A stretch of 50,856 bases of DNA from Candidatus Thorarchaeota archaeon (GTDB taxonomy: Archaea; Asgardarchaeota; Thorarchaeia; Thorarchaeales; Thorarchaeaceae), in the NCBI GenBank assembly GCA_004524435.1, contig SDNO01000001.1, positions 1 through 50,856 on the forward strand, in the 5' to 3' direction. Position 1 is the first letter of the stretch. Each line of letters starts with the position of its first letter. A model generated the notes under the pieces. The model was given only the letters and a program-made list of their open reading frames with translations. It did no database searches and was not told the origin of the DNA. Shown one piece after another: positions 18,288 through 28,054 of this stretch. The translations under genes were made by a program, and so were the position numbers.

Positions 18288-18665
18288 CTAAATGAGAATT
18301 GCATTCAGAATGCCCGTCTGACCGGGACGACTAGTTACTCTTGCTCGTCCCTTTGAGGTCTTAATGATTGTACCCCGTGTGATGACCTTTCTCCTCTGAT
18401 AGTCCATATTGGCTGGGTTCTTCTCCACGTCCTCAATCTCTGCACGATAGGTTTCATTACTCTCTGGATCAGTCACGTTGACCATGTTCGCCCTGAGAGC
18501 AGGCATCTTCTTGTAGTTGCCTTTGCTGTCAATTGTTCTGCGTTTGGTTTCACCCATGACAGTCTCAGTAGGTGTGCGTCCTCGCTGGAATTTCCTCTTG
18601 CTCCGAAACTTCCTGAGTCGAGCGCCTGTGGATGTGCGTGTAGATCTTCTGTGCCATACACCCAT
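18288..18665 (-). CDS. rps8e: 30S ribosomal protein S8e
   Basis: MGVWHRRSTRTSTGARLRKFRSKRKFQRGR... is the typical eS8 N-terminus. 125 aa. Confidence 0.93.
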   Translation of the reverse strand: MGVWHRRSTRTSTGARLRKFRSKRKFQRGRTPTETVMGETKRRTIDSKGNYKKMPALRANMVNVTDPESNETYRAEIEDVEKNPANMDYQRRKVITRGTIIKTSKGRARVTSRPGQTGILNAILI

Positions 18666-18813
18666 TTCTGACTACCTCTTGGTTAGGTCAATCAGGCACT
18701 TCTTAGAGGCGTTTTAAACTTTGCTTAGTGACGACGCCCCTTTTGGTCGTACATACCGGCCTCTTCAAATACCTCTTTGAGTGTTGAAGCCTCCTGAGGC
18801 TGGTGAACAAGAC

Positions 18814-19827
18814 ATGACGAAGATTGAGACCTCACATGGTGCTGGCGGGAAGATTATGCAGCGCTTACTAGAAGAGGTCATAATTCCCTCTTTCAGTCGC
18901 CGACATGCAGGTGATATCGGCCTAGACGAGATGGATGATGGAGCAACACTCAAGGCGGACGGGAAGGAACTAGTTGTCTGTACCGATGCACATACTATTC
19001 AACCTCTCTTCTTCCCAGGTGGTGACATCGGAAAGCTCACTGCCTGTGGGACTATCAACGATGTTGCTGTCATGGGAGCAAGGCCCATTGCCATGACCAA
19101 TACGATCATTGTGGAGGAGGGCTTTGAGATTGCGACTCTGAAGACCATACTCGAATCCCTCAATGAGGTGATTGACCCTCTCGGAGTTGCCATGATTGCA
19201 GGCGATACTAAAGTGATGCCGAGAGGTACAATCGATCAGCTCGTCATGTCTACATCAGGGATAGGCGTCGTCTACGGTAATCATGCTGTTACTGACAGCG
19301 GTGCACAGCCAGGCGATCTAGTGATTGCGACTGGTCCTGTGGGGGACCACGGAACCACACTTCTGGCGCATCGAGAAGGTCTAGAATTCGACACGAATCT
19401 GACCAGTGACGTAGCTGCACTCTGGCTTCCTATTCGTGATTGTCTGGATATTGGTGGCGTACATTCGATGAAGGATCCCACACGTGGCGGGACTGCTGTA
19501 GCTCTTAACGAAATTGCCTCTAAGTCTCACGTCGAAATGGAGATTGATGAACGAAGTCTTCCAATAAGACCGGGAGTGAAATCGCTCTGTGGGATACTCG
19601 GTCTTGACCCTCTTCATATGAGCTGTGAGGGCACTGTTGTTATGTCGGTGGCGCCATCGAAGGCAGATGAACTGCTGGAGGCATTGGCGAAACACAGCTC
19701 AACAGCACAGGCTACAATAGTTGGCAGGGTTTTGGAGGGCAAAGGAAGGGTTGTCATGAAGACGGGTATAGGTGGTAAAAAGATCATTCAAGTCCCATAT
19801 GGAGAACCTGTCCCGCGTGTTTGTTAG
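18814..19827 (+). CDS. hypE: Hydrogenase maturation carbamoyl dehydratase HypE
   Basis: AIR-synthase-like fold starting SHGAGGK and the characteristic C-terminal PRVC. ATG at 18814, 7 nt after GGTGA. Confidence 0.92.
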   Translation: MTKIETSHGAGGKIMQRLLEEVIIPSFSRRHAGDIGLDEMDDGATLKADGKELVVCTDAHTIQPLFFPGGDIGKLTACGTINDVAVMGARPIAMTNTIIVEEGFEIATLKTILESLNEVIDPLGVAMIAGDTKVMPRGTIDQLVMSTSGIGVVYGNHAVTDSGAQPGDLVIATGPVGDHGTTLLAHREGLEFDTNLTSDVAALWLPIRDCLDIGGVHSMKDPTRGGTAVALNEIASKSHVEMEIDERSLPIRPGVKSLCGILGLDPLHMSCEGTVVMSVAPSKADELLEALAKHSSTAQATIVGRVLEGKGRVVMKTGIGGKKIIQVPYGEPVPRVC

Positions 19828-20375
19828 AGTCTGGACTGATTTCCCTCTTCAGCCTGGCGTTGCTCTTCCAGAATTCGTTTCATCTTGTGTTTAAGCTGTG
19901 CCTTCATCTTAATCTTGTCACGATCCAGTCCAAAATAGTCGGAAAACAACTGAGTGGTCCACAATCTCTTGGTTCGCCCCTCGGGTTCGCTACCAATAAA
20001 CTTCTTCTCCTCCAATTCCTTGACATGATCGTAGACATGGGTCCCTCTCTGAGTAACTAGCTCAGACTGGAGTAGTGGCTGCTTCAATGCGATAAAGACT
20101 AGGGTCTGGAGAGTGGAAAAAGAGAGCAGTCCACCTGGGATGAACTTGCCGACGCGAGGTGTGAGCTCAGGCTTAAGCTGCATCACATACCGATTCCTTG
20201 GGAGTTCGATGACTTCTAGGGCTCCCTCTTTCTTGTGATATTCAAACTCCAAATCTTTCAGGAGTTTCTCGGTTGTTGATTCTGCTTTCCCGATTACTTC
20301 AGCGAGTTCTTCGATAGTCAAAGCACGTCCTGCTGCGTACAGTGCCGCCTCCAGTGTCAGCATGTCATCATTCAC
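19824..20375 (-). CDS. scpB: Segregation and condensation protein B
   Basis: LEAALYAAGRALTIEELAEVIG-type winged helix. It is the last gene of an smc-scpA-scpB arrangement. Confidence 0.87.
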   Translation of the reverse strand: MNDDMLTLEAALYAAGRALTIEELAEVIGKAESTTEKLLKDLEFEYHKKEGALEVIELPRNRYVMQLKPELTPRVGKFIPGGLLSFSTLQTLVFIALKQPLLQSELVTQRGTHVYDHVKELEEKKFIGSEPEGRTKRLWTTQLFSDYFGLDRDKIKMKAQLKHKMKRILEEQRQAEEGNQSRL

Positions 20376-20384
20376 GGGTCACAC

Positions 20385-21101
20385 CTATTCCTCGATCAAC
20401 TGCTCCTGAATGATTTCCTTCTCCTTGTCAGGCATCTCCGGGGGTTCTTTCAGCGTGATCCAAATCGTCCAATCCTCATCCATCCACATGTCCAAGAAGG
20501 CACGTCCATGGAGGTGCAGCATGGCAAAGAACACCCGAACAATCTCTCGTCGAGTGTTGTTCATAAGGACGTCTTGGAATCGCGCGGTATGGCCGATATC
20601 CATAATCTTTCTGAGATCGGAGTATACTTCTGCAATGGTTTCCTCCACATCAGCTCTCGTGACATCCATTGTGAAGGATATTGGGTCAACTTCAGGCCTT
20701 GCTCTCCTCTTCTTGGGTGGTGATCGTCTTCGTACCCCTTTCTTTAGCATCTTGTCCATTGCAAGAAGAAGCTCTTGAATTGTGACCCGTCTATTGGTCA
20801 GCCGGAAAGGCGGCCTGATAAGTGGAATGTCCATATCCTCGTCGTCTTCTTCATCCTCTTCTGGTAGCAGGCCTAATTCAACGAGGTCTCGTGTCTTCTT
20901 CATGAAAATGACCGAGGCGGAATAGAGTGCGTTGCCTGATACCCTGAAATCAATGTTGCCCAGCCGTTTCATTTCCTGGAGAAAACCTGCCATTAACTTG
21001 CCGACATCAACATTCCAAGGCTCGACCTTGTCGAGTTGCAGGACATCGGTGAGGAGTATGTATGGAGGGGTAATCCAGAAGGGATTGTCTTCATCGTTCA
21101 T
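20385..21101 (-). CDS. scpA: Segregation and condensation protein A (kleisin)
   Basis: Size, an acidic central linker, and its position overlapping the smc stop by 4 nt. Confidence 0.83.
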   Translation of the reverse strand: MNDEDNPFWITPPYILLTDVLQLDKVEPWNVDVGKLMAGFLQEMKRLGNIDFRVSGNALYSASVIFMKKTRDLVELGLLPEEDEEDDEDMDIPLIRPPFRLTNRRVTIQELLLAMDKMLKKGVRRRSPPKKRRARPEVDPISFTMDVTRADVEETIAEVYSDLRKIMDIGHTARFQDVLMNNTRREIVRVFFAMLHLHGRAFLDMWMDEDWTIWITLKEPPEMPDKEKEIIQEQLIEE

Positions 21102-24100
21102 GTGGCCTCGGCAACCTCCTCTAAGTCTACCGCTACAATTCTAGAAATCCCGTCCTGATTGGAAACACCTACCAGTAGATCTGCCTTCCGGACTGTTACG
21201 TCTCGCAATGAAACCACGATGAACTGTGACTCCTTGGCCATGTCTGATATTAGCAGTGCAACGTTATGAGCATTGACATCGTCTAGAGCAGCATCGATTT
21301 CGTCAAACACGTAGAAACTGGCGGGGCTATACATCTGAACGGCGAAGATCAAAGCAAGACCAGTCAGGGTCTTCTCGCCTCCACTCATAGCTTCAAGAGA
21401 CACTAGGTCCTTCCCTCGCGGTTTGGAACGCACGGTAATGCCTCCCATAAGGGGGTGTTCAGGATTCTCAAGCATCAAATTGGCTTCTCCGCCGGGCGAC
21501 AGCCTTGCAAACACCTTTGCGAAATTGTCTGCAATCTCATTGTAGACTTGTAGAAACTTGCGGGTCTTCTCTCTCTCCAGCTCCTCCATGAACTCTAGGA
21601 TTTCCTTGTGCTCTTCTTCCAGCCTAGTCTTCTTATCAACTATCTCTTCGTATTTTTCCTTCTCGATATCATAGTCTGTTAGAGACTTGAGATTCACAGC
21701 ACCCATTGCCTCAAGCTCTCGCTCCAGCTCATGGATCTTCTCTTCTAGCTCCTCTATCTCCCTGTATGTGAGTTCCTCTTCTTCCTTTCGTTCTTCAAGC
21801 TCTGAGTCAACCTCTGAGAGATTGGCTAGTTCTGCTCTGAGGGCAACTAAGTCCTCCTCCAGCCTTGATTGCTCTGTCTGGAGACGATAGACTGCTTTCT
21901 CGTTATTCGTCTGTTCCTCTCTAATCTCTTCATGCCGCAATCTGAGATTCCGCAAGTCCTCTTTCAGTCTGACCTGTCGCACTCTCTTGTCCTTCACAGA
22001 GTCTTCGATTCTCTCCCTCTCAGACCGCAGGTCCAGCATCTCCTCTTCCTTGTCTGAGAGTCTTGTGCGCAGGTTCTCCGTTTCCTCCTCTAGTTCAGGA
22101 ATCACAGCAGCAAGGGCCTGCAATCGCATCTCGAGTTCAACAGTCTTCGGTTCTAGACGTTCGTCGATTGCTACCTCAAGACCGGTCACGTCGCTCTGAA
22201 GACGCTCTCTCTTCTTTCTCATGTGCTCAAGAACTTCTTTCAAATCCTTCATGTCTTGGGTAATCTTCGATGCATCGGATTTAGCCAGAATCTCGTTACA
22301 GTGATCTCGCTGTTTTCTGACATGTTCTCTGTGTGCAGAGAGCTCTTGATCCCTCTCCCGCAGCTCTGCTATCTGTTGCTCAAATGCTTCAATAGTAATC
22401 TCTGATTTCTGCACTATTTCTTCAAGCGCCTTCTTTCGAGCTATCTTCTCCTGAAGATTCTCCTCATCTCTGTCCAGCTCGATTCTAGCACGGTAGTTGC
22501 TCTTTGACAACTCTTGAATCTGTAGACTCAATTCTTTCTTGTCTTCTCTGAGTTCGTCCTGTTTGTTCCTTAGATCTCCATGAATCTTCTCTAGACCCTG
22601 AAGCTTCTCAATAATCTCAGGGCTTCTATCCTCAAGTTGAAGGGTTAGTCCTGAGCCCCCGCGTGTATAGTGCCCTCCTGTTATGAGACCTGACCTCTCC
22701 ACTAGATCTCCGTCAAGGGTCACTGCTCGTTTCCCCTTGAAACCGAGCTGTTTTGCCGACTCGAAGTCTTCGGTGACTATAGTGTCGGAGAATGTGAACT
22801 CGAATGCGGCCTGGAACTTCTGGTCAAAACTGACTAGGTCTATTGCATACCCAATAACACCGGCTTCATCCGGTGTTCTGCCTGGGCTTCGAGTGCGAAT
22901 CTTGTCAAGCGGAATGAATGACGCACGCCCAATTCTCTCGCGTTTTAGGATATTCACACACTCGGTGGCAACGTGTTCGTCTTCCACGACTACATAGGTG
23001 AGCCTGCTTCCACCTGCAATTTCCATAGCAATTGCATAGTCAGGGTCTATCGTGCCAAGCTCCGCAACGGTGCCATGGATTCCCTCTATAATGCCCATAT
23101 CACGCAGTTCTAGCACTCTTGCTACAGCCCTCTTTCTTTTCAAGAAGGCCTCTTCGGCCTCTTTCAGTGCGTCCTGTCGGGCCTGAAACTTGATGAGCTC
23201 TTCTCTGGTCGAGTTCAGCACTTTTGCAGCTTCGCTGACCTCTGCATCAATGGTTTCCAGCCGTTCGTTCACTCTTGCAAGGTCTCTCTCTTTCTTCTCC
23301 TCTTCTCGTTCGCTCTCTTCAAGGGTCTGTCCTTTTGCCGGAACTATTTGCTCGAGTTCCTCAAGTTCCTTTTTAGTCCGCTCAAGCCCCTCTGTCGCAT
23401 CACGGCGCTCCTCGTAGGCTAGCCCTAGCTCTCTCTCATCTGATTTTATGGCTGAACGTACCTCGGATACTGCTTCATCCAGCGACATCATCTGGTTGTT
23501 AAGGTCCTGAAGCTTTTGTTGGGTTTCATAGTAGCTCTCTTGTTCGCGCGCTAGGCTCTCTTCTAAGGCTGCTATCTGGTCAGTGGTTCTATCGATCTCC
23601 ACATCTAGGGCTTCGAGTTCCCGTCGCTTTGACTCGACTTGGTTCTGGGATGTTTCCATCTCTTGCCCAACGGTTTCAAGTTGTTCCTTCAGAGATTGAC
23701 GGTCAGTCCTCTTCGCATTGAAAGCCTCCTCAGCCCTCTCTAAGTCATCTCTGAGATGGTCTACTGCTGCAGAGATAACACCGTATTGTTCAGATACCCG
23801 TGCCGAATCTCCACCAGTGATCTGATCTATCTGGCTGTCAATCTCATCAATCTCAGATTCGGTCGTCTCTATCTTCTCTTCAACTTCTGAGAGTTCTCGG
23901 TTGAGTTTCTCTGCCTCTTCAGCTCTCTCCGCAAGTGTTTCGTTGATTGTTCCAATTCTGGTATTAGACTTCACAATAGTCCAAGCAAGGTTATCAATGC
24001 GAATGTCTTGAATCTGATTTCGCAGATTCTGATGGCGGAGTGCATCTGTTCTTTCATACTCTAGTTTCTCGAGCTGTCTTCTTCTCTCCTGAAGCTGAGT

Positions 24101-24688
24101 TTCCACCCTGGAGAGGTTTGATTCACTCTCAGCCAGCTTCTTCATTGCGCGTTCTTTCTGCTCGTCGTAGGCTGATATTCCCGCTATCTCTTCGATGAGC
24201 TTTCGTCGATCAATGGGACTTACCTTGACCATCTGAGCGATCTCGCCCTGCAGAACCAAGTTATATCCGTTGGGATCAACTCCGATTCCCCCAAGGATAT
24301 CGAGCACCGTTGAACGCGTCACAGTCTTTCCGTTGATTCTACAAGTAGAAGTCCCCGACTCATCCAGTTCTCGCTCTATTACTACTCTGTCTGCTTCGAT
24401 CTGCAGTTTTCGATCTTTGTTGTTGAAATAGAGCTCGACAGAGGCCTTGTTGGCTTTTGGCGGCATATCCGGCTTGGGTGGTGAATAGAGAAGGTCCGAG
24501 AACACATTTGCTCGAAGAGTCTTGGCGCTTAGCTGGCCCAGGACGAAAAGGACTGCATCGATGACGTTGGATTTACCGCTACCATTGGGTCCAACAATGC
24601 ATGTGAACCCCTCACTGAACTTTATTGTGACGGTTTCTCGGCCGAACGACTTGAAGCCCTTACATACTAGCTTCTCTATGTGAACCAA
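21098..24688 (-). CDS. smc: Chromosome segregation protein SMC
   Basis: Walker A GPNGSGKSN, long coiled coils flanking a hinge, signature MSGGEKT, Walker B FYVFDEIDAALD. TTG start. Confidence 0.96.
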   Translation of the reverse strand: MVHIEKLVCKGFKSFGRETVTIKFSEGFTCIVGPNGSGKSNVIDAVLFVLGQLSAKTLRANVFSDLLYSPPKPDMPPKANKASVELYFNNKDRKLQIEADRVVIERELDESGTSTCRINGKTVTRSTVLDILGGIGVDPNGYNLVLQGEIAQMVKVSPIDRRKLIEEIAGISAYDEQKERAMKKLAESESNLSRVETQLQERRRQLEKLEYERTDALRHQNLRNQIQDIRIDNLAWTIVKSNTRIGTINETLAERAEEAEKLNRELSEVEEKIETTESEIDEIDSQIDQITGGDSARVSEQYGVISAAVDHLRDDLERAEEAFNAKRTDRQSLKEQLETVGQEMETSQNQVESKRRELEALDVEIDRTTDQIAALEESLAREQESYYETQQKLQDLNNQMMSLDEAVSEVRSAIKSDERELGLAYEERRDATEGLERTKKELEELEQIVPAKGQTLEESEREEEKKERDLARVNERLETIDAEVSEAAKVLNSTREELIKFQARQDALKEAEEAFLKRKRAVARVLELRDMGIIEGIHGTVAELGTIDPDYAIAMEIAGGSRLTYVVVEDEHVATECVNILKRERIGRASFIPLDKIRTRSPGRTPDEAGVIGYAIDLVSFDQKFQAAFEFTFSDTIVTEDFESAKQLGFKGKRAVTLDGDLVERSGLITGGHYTRGGSGLTLQLEDRSPEIIEKLQGLEKIHGDLRNKQDELREDKKELSLQIQELSKSNYRARIELDRDEENLQEKIARKKALEEIVQKSEITIEAFEQQIAELRERDQELSAHREHVRKQRDHCNEILAKSDASKITQDMKDLKEVLEHMRKKRERLQSDVTGLEVAIDERLEPKTVELEMRLQALAAVIPELEEETENLRTRLSDKEEEMLDLRSERERIEDSVKDKRVRQVRLKEDLRNLRLRHEEIREEQTNNEKAVYRLQTEQSRLEEDLVALRAELANLSEVDSELEERKEEEELTYREIEELEEKIHELERELEAMGAVNLKSLTDYDIEKEKYEEIVDKKTRLEEEHKEILEFMEELEREKTRKFLQVYNEIADNFAKVFARLSPGGEANLMLENPEHPLMGGITVRSKPRGKDLVSLEAMSGGEKTLTGLALIFAVQMYSPASFYVFDEIDAALDDVNAHNVALLISDMAKESQFIVVSLRDVTVRKADLLVGVSNQDGISRIVAVDLEEVAEAT

Positions 24689-24882
24689 GGCACCATCCCA
24701 TCCTGGATTATTCCTACAATAGCAATATACACTATGGAGTTGTGTTTCTGTGTCACGAGGAGGATACAGACTCCTAAATACACTTGGTAATACGTATGTA
24801 TCACCGCAGCATTATCGGGGTATCCTCTCGATTCATTCGTGCTACTGAATGTTAGCTACAAAAAGGTAGCTCTGCCTGATAT

Positions 24883-25251
24883 CTAATCGGCTATCATGTT
24901 GACCAGCGCGCGTTTTGTGGCCATCCTGATCAAACCCATAGACTCTCGCGCATTCTTTCCAGCTATTGCTGCGAGCACCAGCTTGACGTCACCGAGGATA
25001 ATGATGAGTCCTTTGTCAGCCGTTATTGTGATTTCATTCAGGCCACCCTTCTCCAGTCCTGTGACCATCTGTGCCGAATTCGAGGCTATCTTGACAGCTA
25101 GATTTGCAACTTCGGAGTGCTTGATATCGCCAGTAATCGTGTGACCAAAAACAACATTCCCCTCGGCATCGCATACGATCATGCCCTGGATGTCAGCATT
25201 TGCAGCCATTGTGTCAGCAACTATGGTCTTAATCTTTGATTCATCAACCAT
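24883..25251 (-). CDS. Roadblock/LC7 (MglB-like) domain protein
   Basis: 122 aa with the typical pattern ...IQGMIVCDAEGNVVFGH...LNEITITADKGLIIILGD... Transcribed divergently from the Sec23/24-like gene. Confidence 0.85.
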   Translation of the reverse strand: MVDESKIKTIVADTMAANADIQGMIVCDAEGNVVFGHTITGDIKHSEVANLAVKIASNSAQMVTGLEKGGLNEITITADKGLIIILGDVKLVLAAIAGKNARESMGLIRMATKRALVNMIAD

Positions 25252-25460
25252 CTCTTTTCTTCTCCCGAGGCGTCCTGTCTGAATCTATGTTTTTCTTCTT
25301 AACTGACTCGTTTATATCTTCTGTTCGTGTCAGGTACTCAGTTTTAGCTCGAGCTTTCGGTACTAGTCCCTATCCAAGTGTACCGAGACTTGGACGGAAT
25401 AGACTATATAAGCGAAAGTCCTTGAATGCTTAGAAACGGATTCTTGGAGATGGAGAAGAC

Positions 25461-27098
25461 ATGCCTATGCTACGCACTACCTCGGACACCTTTCCGGCTG
25501 AAACGAAGATGATGAGTGATATCCCGTACGTACTCCGCGTGGAGTTTGGAGCACTCGAGAAAGAGGAGAAGAAGATTATCGGGAAGCCTATAGCATGTCA
25601 CAAGTGCAACGGATTCCTACTCAGTATTGATCAGATAGTTGAAGATGATAAGGTTGGCAAACACTTCATCTGCCCCTTCTGTGGAACACTCAACGTTATC
25701 GAGGGCGAGATTGTCACTGCAGGCGACGACACTGATTTCGTCATCGAACCCCCTAAGGATACTACGGAATCAGATACAGAATCCCTGGAGCAAATGGGCG
25801 GTACTCTCCTTGCCCTCATTGATGTGTCAGGGTCTATGGCTGGTGCCAATCTTGCTGCCGTGAAGAGAAGCCTGAGGACATCAGTTGAGAGTCTTGCTGC
25901 AAACGCGCCAAATACCCTGTTTGGTCTGATTGAATTTGAGAGCAGTGTCTTATTCAGAGATCTTCAGTCTGGCAATGAGATAATCCTTCCTCGGAATGCC
26001 TATGCCAGTTATGAGGCCATACAGAAACAAACTCAGCAACTCATGGACCACATCAAATTCCTGAGTGTTGGTGAGAATGCGGATAGAATCAAGAAACATC
26101 TCAGTGCGTTATGTGACAAAGGCGGAACAGCTCTTGGCCCGGCAGTTGCAATGGGCTATGCAATTGCCAAACACAGAGATATCGGGCGTGTTGTATTACT
26201 GACCGACGGTCTAGCGAATGAGGGTATCGGCGCACTGGAAGGCTTTCAGGTAACCCCAGCAACTAGTTTCTACGAAGAGATGGGTGTCGAATTCATGAAA
26301 AATGGCACTGCGGTGGATGTTGTAGGCATTGCCTCTGGAGCAGGAATGGAACTCAAAACGTTAGGTCTTCTTCCCGAGGCCACGGGTGGCCAAATGTACT
26401 ATGTGACACCCAACGAGCTTGACCAGAGCATAGCAGAGTTGGCAGGCAGTTCACTCCTTGGTCGGGATGTAGAAGTACGCTTGATCACTCCTCCGGGCAT
26501 CAAAGTAAAAGACGCATCAGGGGTTTCACGAGGGGTCATTGATGATCTGAAGGCCAAGGCTGAGAGTAAGATCGGAGTGGTGGGCGAGAATCATGAGCTC
26601 TATTTCGAGATTGAATCCGAGAGTCGAGTCGAGTCAGATACTGTGCCCATCCAGGTCCAGGTTACCTACACGGATTCTGAGGGTGCTCGAAGGGTCAGAG
26701 CAGTCACGACCAAGCTCAAAGTCGCGAAGGATGATGAGGAGATAATGAAGACACTTGATCCTACTCTTGGTGCCACATTCGTCACGCAGAAGGCCGGAGA
26801 GGAGTCCTTCAGAGGGGATCGAGAGGAGGGTAAGAAACGCATCTCCTCCTTCCGGGCAGCGATGAAGAAACAGGCAGAATCCGCTCCGGAGAACGTTCAG
26901 AACAGAATAGACGAAATCGACGATGTTCTGGCGGGTGAAGAGGAGGAGATGGAGCGTCTGGACAATATGATGAAAGCCGCACCTGCATCTGCTCCATCTG
27001 CGGCAGCAGATGAGGCGTATACATCGGGTCTCCAACAGATGCGCCGCAGCTCGAAGCAGATGTTTAGGAAGAAGAAGGATGAGGATGACGAAGAATAG
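25461..27098 (+). CDS. Sec23/Sec24-like protein: Zn finger, vWA (trunk) domain, beta-sandwich and a charged helical tail
   Basis: Zn finger CHKC-x21-CPFC (aa 46-74). vWA with MIDAS-like LALIDVSGSMAG and LLTDGLANEG. LGLLPEATGGQMYYV. Beta-sandwich motif VPIQVQVTYTDSEGARRVRAVTTKLKV. TATATAA about 50 nt upstream. Confidence 0.8.
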   Translation: MPMLRTTSDTFPAETKMMSDIPYVLRVEFGALEKEEKKIIGKPIACHKCNGFLLSIDQIVEDDKVGKHFICPFCGTLNVIEGEIVTAGDDTDFVIEPPKDTTESDTESLEQMGGTLLALIDVSGSMAGANLAAVKRSLRTSVESLAANAPNTLFGLIEFESSVLFRDLQSGNEIILPRNAYASYEAIQKQTQQLMDHIKFLSVGENADRIKKHLSALCDKGGTALGPAVAMGYAIAKHRDIGRVVLLTDGLANEGIGALEGFQVTPATSFYEEMGVEFMKNGTAVDVVGIASGAGMELKTLGLLPEATGGQMYYVTPNELDQSIAELAGSSLLGRDVEVRLITPPGIKVKDASGVSRGVIDDLKAKAESKIGVVGENHELYFEIESESRVESDTVPIQVQVTYTDSEGARRVRAVTTKLKVAKDDEEIMKTLDPTLGATFVTQKAGEESFRGDREEGKKRISSFRAAMKKQAESAPENVQNRIDEIDDVLAGEEEEMERLDNMMKAAPASAPSAAADEAYTSGLQQMRRSSKQMFRKKKDEDDEE

Positions 27099-27255
27099 CG
27101 CCAAATCGGGGGGGAAAACACCTCCGGTTCATCCCTTGCTGCTCCAGGAGGCAGTCTCCTCAGAATGCGCAAAACAGCTATGTAGTGGGGAACACACTGC
27201 CACAACTCTCAAATACCCAAGAGCGGCCTAGAAACTGCTGACGCACTATCTTACA

Positions 27256-27561
27256 GTGGGGATTTCACGGTTGATTAGCCAGGAGAGACTTGAAGCGATT
27301 CTTGCCGACCTTACAGCCCAAGAGGGCGTTCGAGGAGTTGTAGTCACAAACATGGAAGGGCTGCCACTTAGCAGCGATCTTCCCCCTGAGACCACTGAAA
27401 CCGTCGCTGCAATACTGACCTCACTAGTGGGCAAGGCTCTTGACGCAGTTCGAGAGCTTCAAGAGGGGTCTTTATCATTTCTGACTCTTGATACAACCAA
27501 GGGACAGATAAACATCGCACCGGATGTTAAAGAGGACCTCATATTAGTAGTCCTCAAATAG
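27256..27561 (+). CDS. Roadblock/LC7 domain protein
   Basis: LEAILADLTAQEGVRGVVVTNMEGLPLSS...LSFLTLDTTKGQINIAP. The start is uncertain (GTG at 27256 or TTG at 27274). Confidence 0.8.
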   Translation: MGISRLISQERLEAILADLTAQEGVRGVVVTNMEGLPLSSDLPPETTETVAAILTSLVGKALDAVRELQEGSLSFLTLDTTKGQINIAPDVKEDLILVVLK

Positions 27562-27586
27562 GAATGTGTCTAAGAGGTACATCACC

Positions 27587-28054
27587 ATGAGCGATCCGAA
27601 AGCCTTTGACAAGATACTCACAGATATTATTCGGCAGGACAAGGGAATCAAGAAAGTCATACTTGTTGATAAGACTGGCCTGACAATAGCCAATGTGAGC
27701 AAATTGAGTTACTACCCTGTCGATGTAGACAGTATCGGTGCAATTGCAAGTGCCGTGTTCTGCGCAAGTGAAGAACAGGGTAAGAACTTGCAGATTGGAG
27801 AGCTCGAGATTGTGACCTCGGAGTTCTCGGAGGGCAAGATATTTGCATCAGCCTGTGGCAAGGGAGTTCTCTGTGTGGTGTCCGAGGCAGAGGTGAACAT
27901 CGGTCTGATTCGTCTCGTGATGAAGAAACAGGGTATGCAATTGGCCGATGAGTTGGATAAGTTCCTAGCGGTGGAACCAATGGCACCCAGCAAAGACCGC
28001 GAACTTGACGAGGAAGATCTCAAATCCGCCTTGGCTGAACTGGAGAGAGTCTAG
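27587..28054 (+). CDS. Roadblock/LC7 domain protein with an acidic C-terminal extension
   Basis: GIKKVILVDKTGLTIANVS...LEIVTSEFSEGKIFASACGKGVLCVV. The ATG at 27587 lies 7 nt after GAGGT. Confidence 0.82.
   Translation: MSDPKAFDKILTDIIRQDKGIKKVILVDKTGLTIANVSKLSYYPVDVDSIGAIASAVFCASEEQGKNLQIGELEIVTSEFSEGKIFASACGKGVLCVVSEAEVNIGLIRLVMKKQGMQLADELDKFLAVEPMAPSKDRELDEEDLKSALAELERV

Noticed and set aside
21687-23417. Several plus-strand ORFs (60-104 aa) rich in Ser/Leu/Phe, antisense to smc
   Set aside because: They are shadow ORFs. The Glu/Lys/Leu-rich coiled-coil codons of smc (GAA/GAG/AAG/CTC) read on the opposite strand as stop-poor Ser/Phe/Leu strings. They have no independent motifs or Shine-Dalgarno sites.
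26920-26985. MIM1-like (ESCRT-III/Vps4-binding) motif EEEEMERLDNMMK in the tail of the Sec23/24-like protein
   Set aside because: The spacing is off by one residue relative to the [DE]xxLxxRLxxL[KR] consensus. The region is generally acidic and helical, so a chance resemblance is likely.
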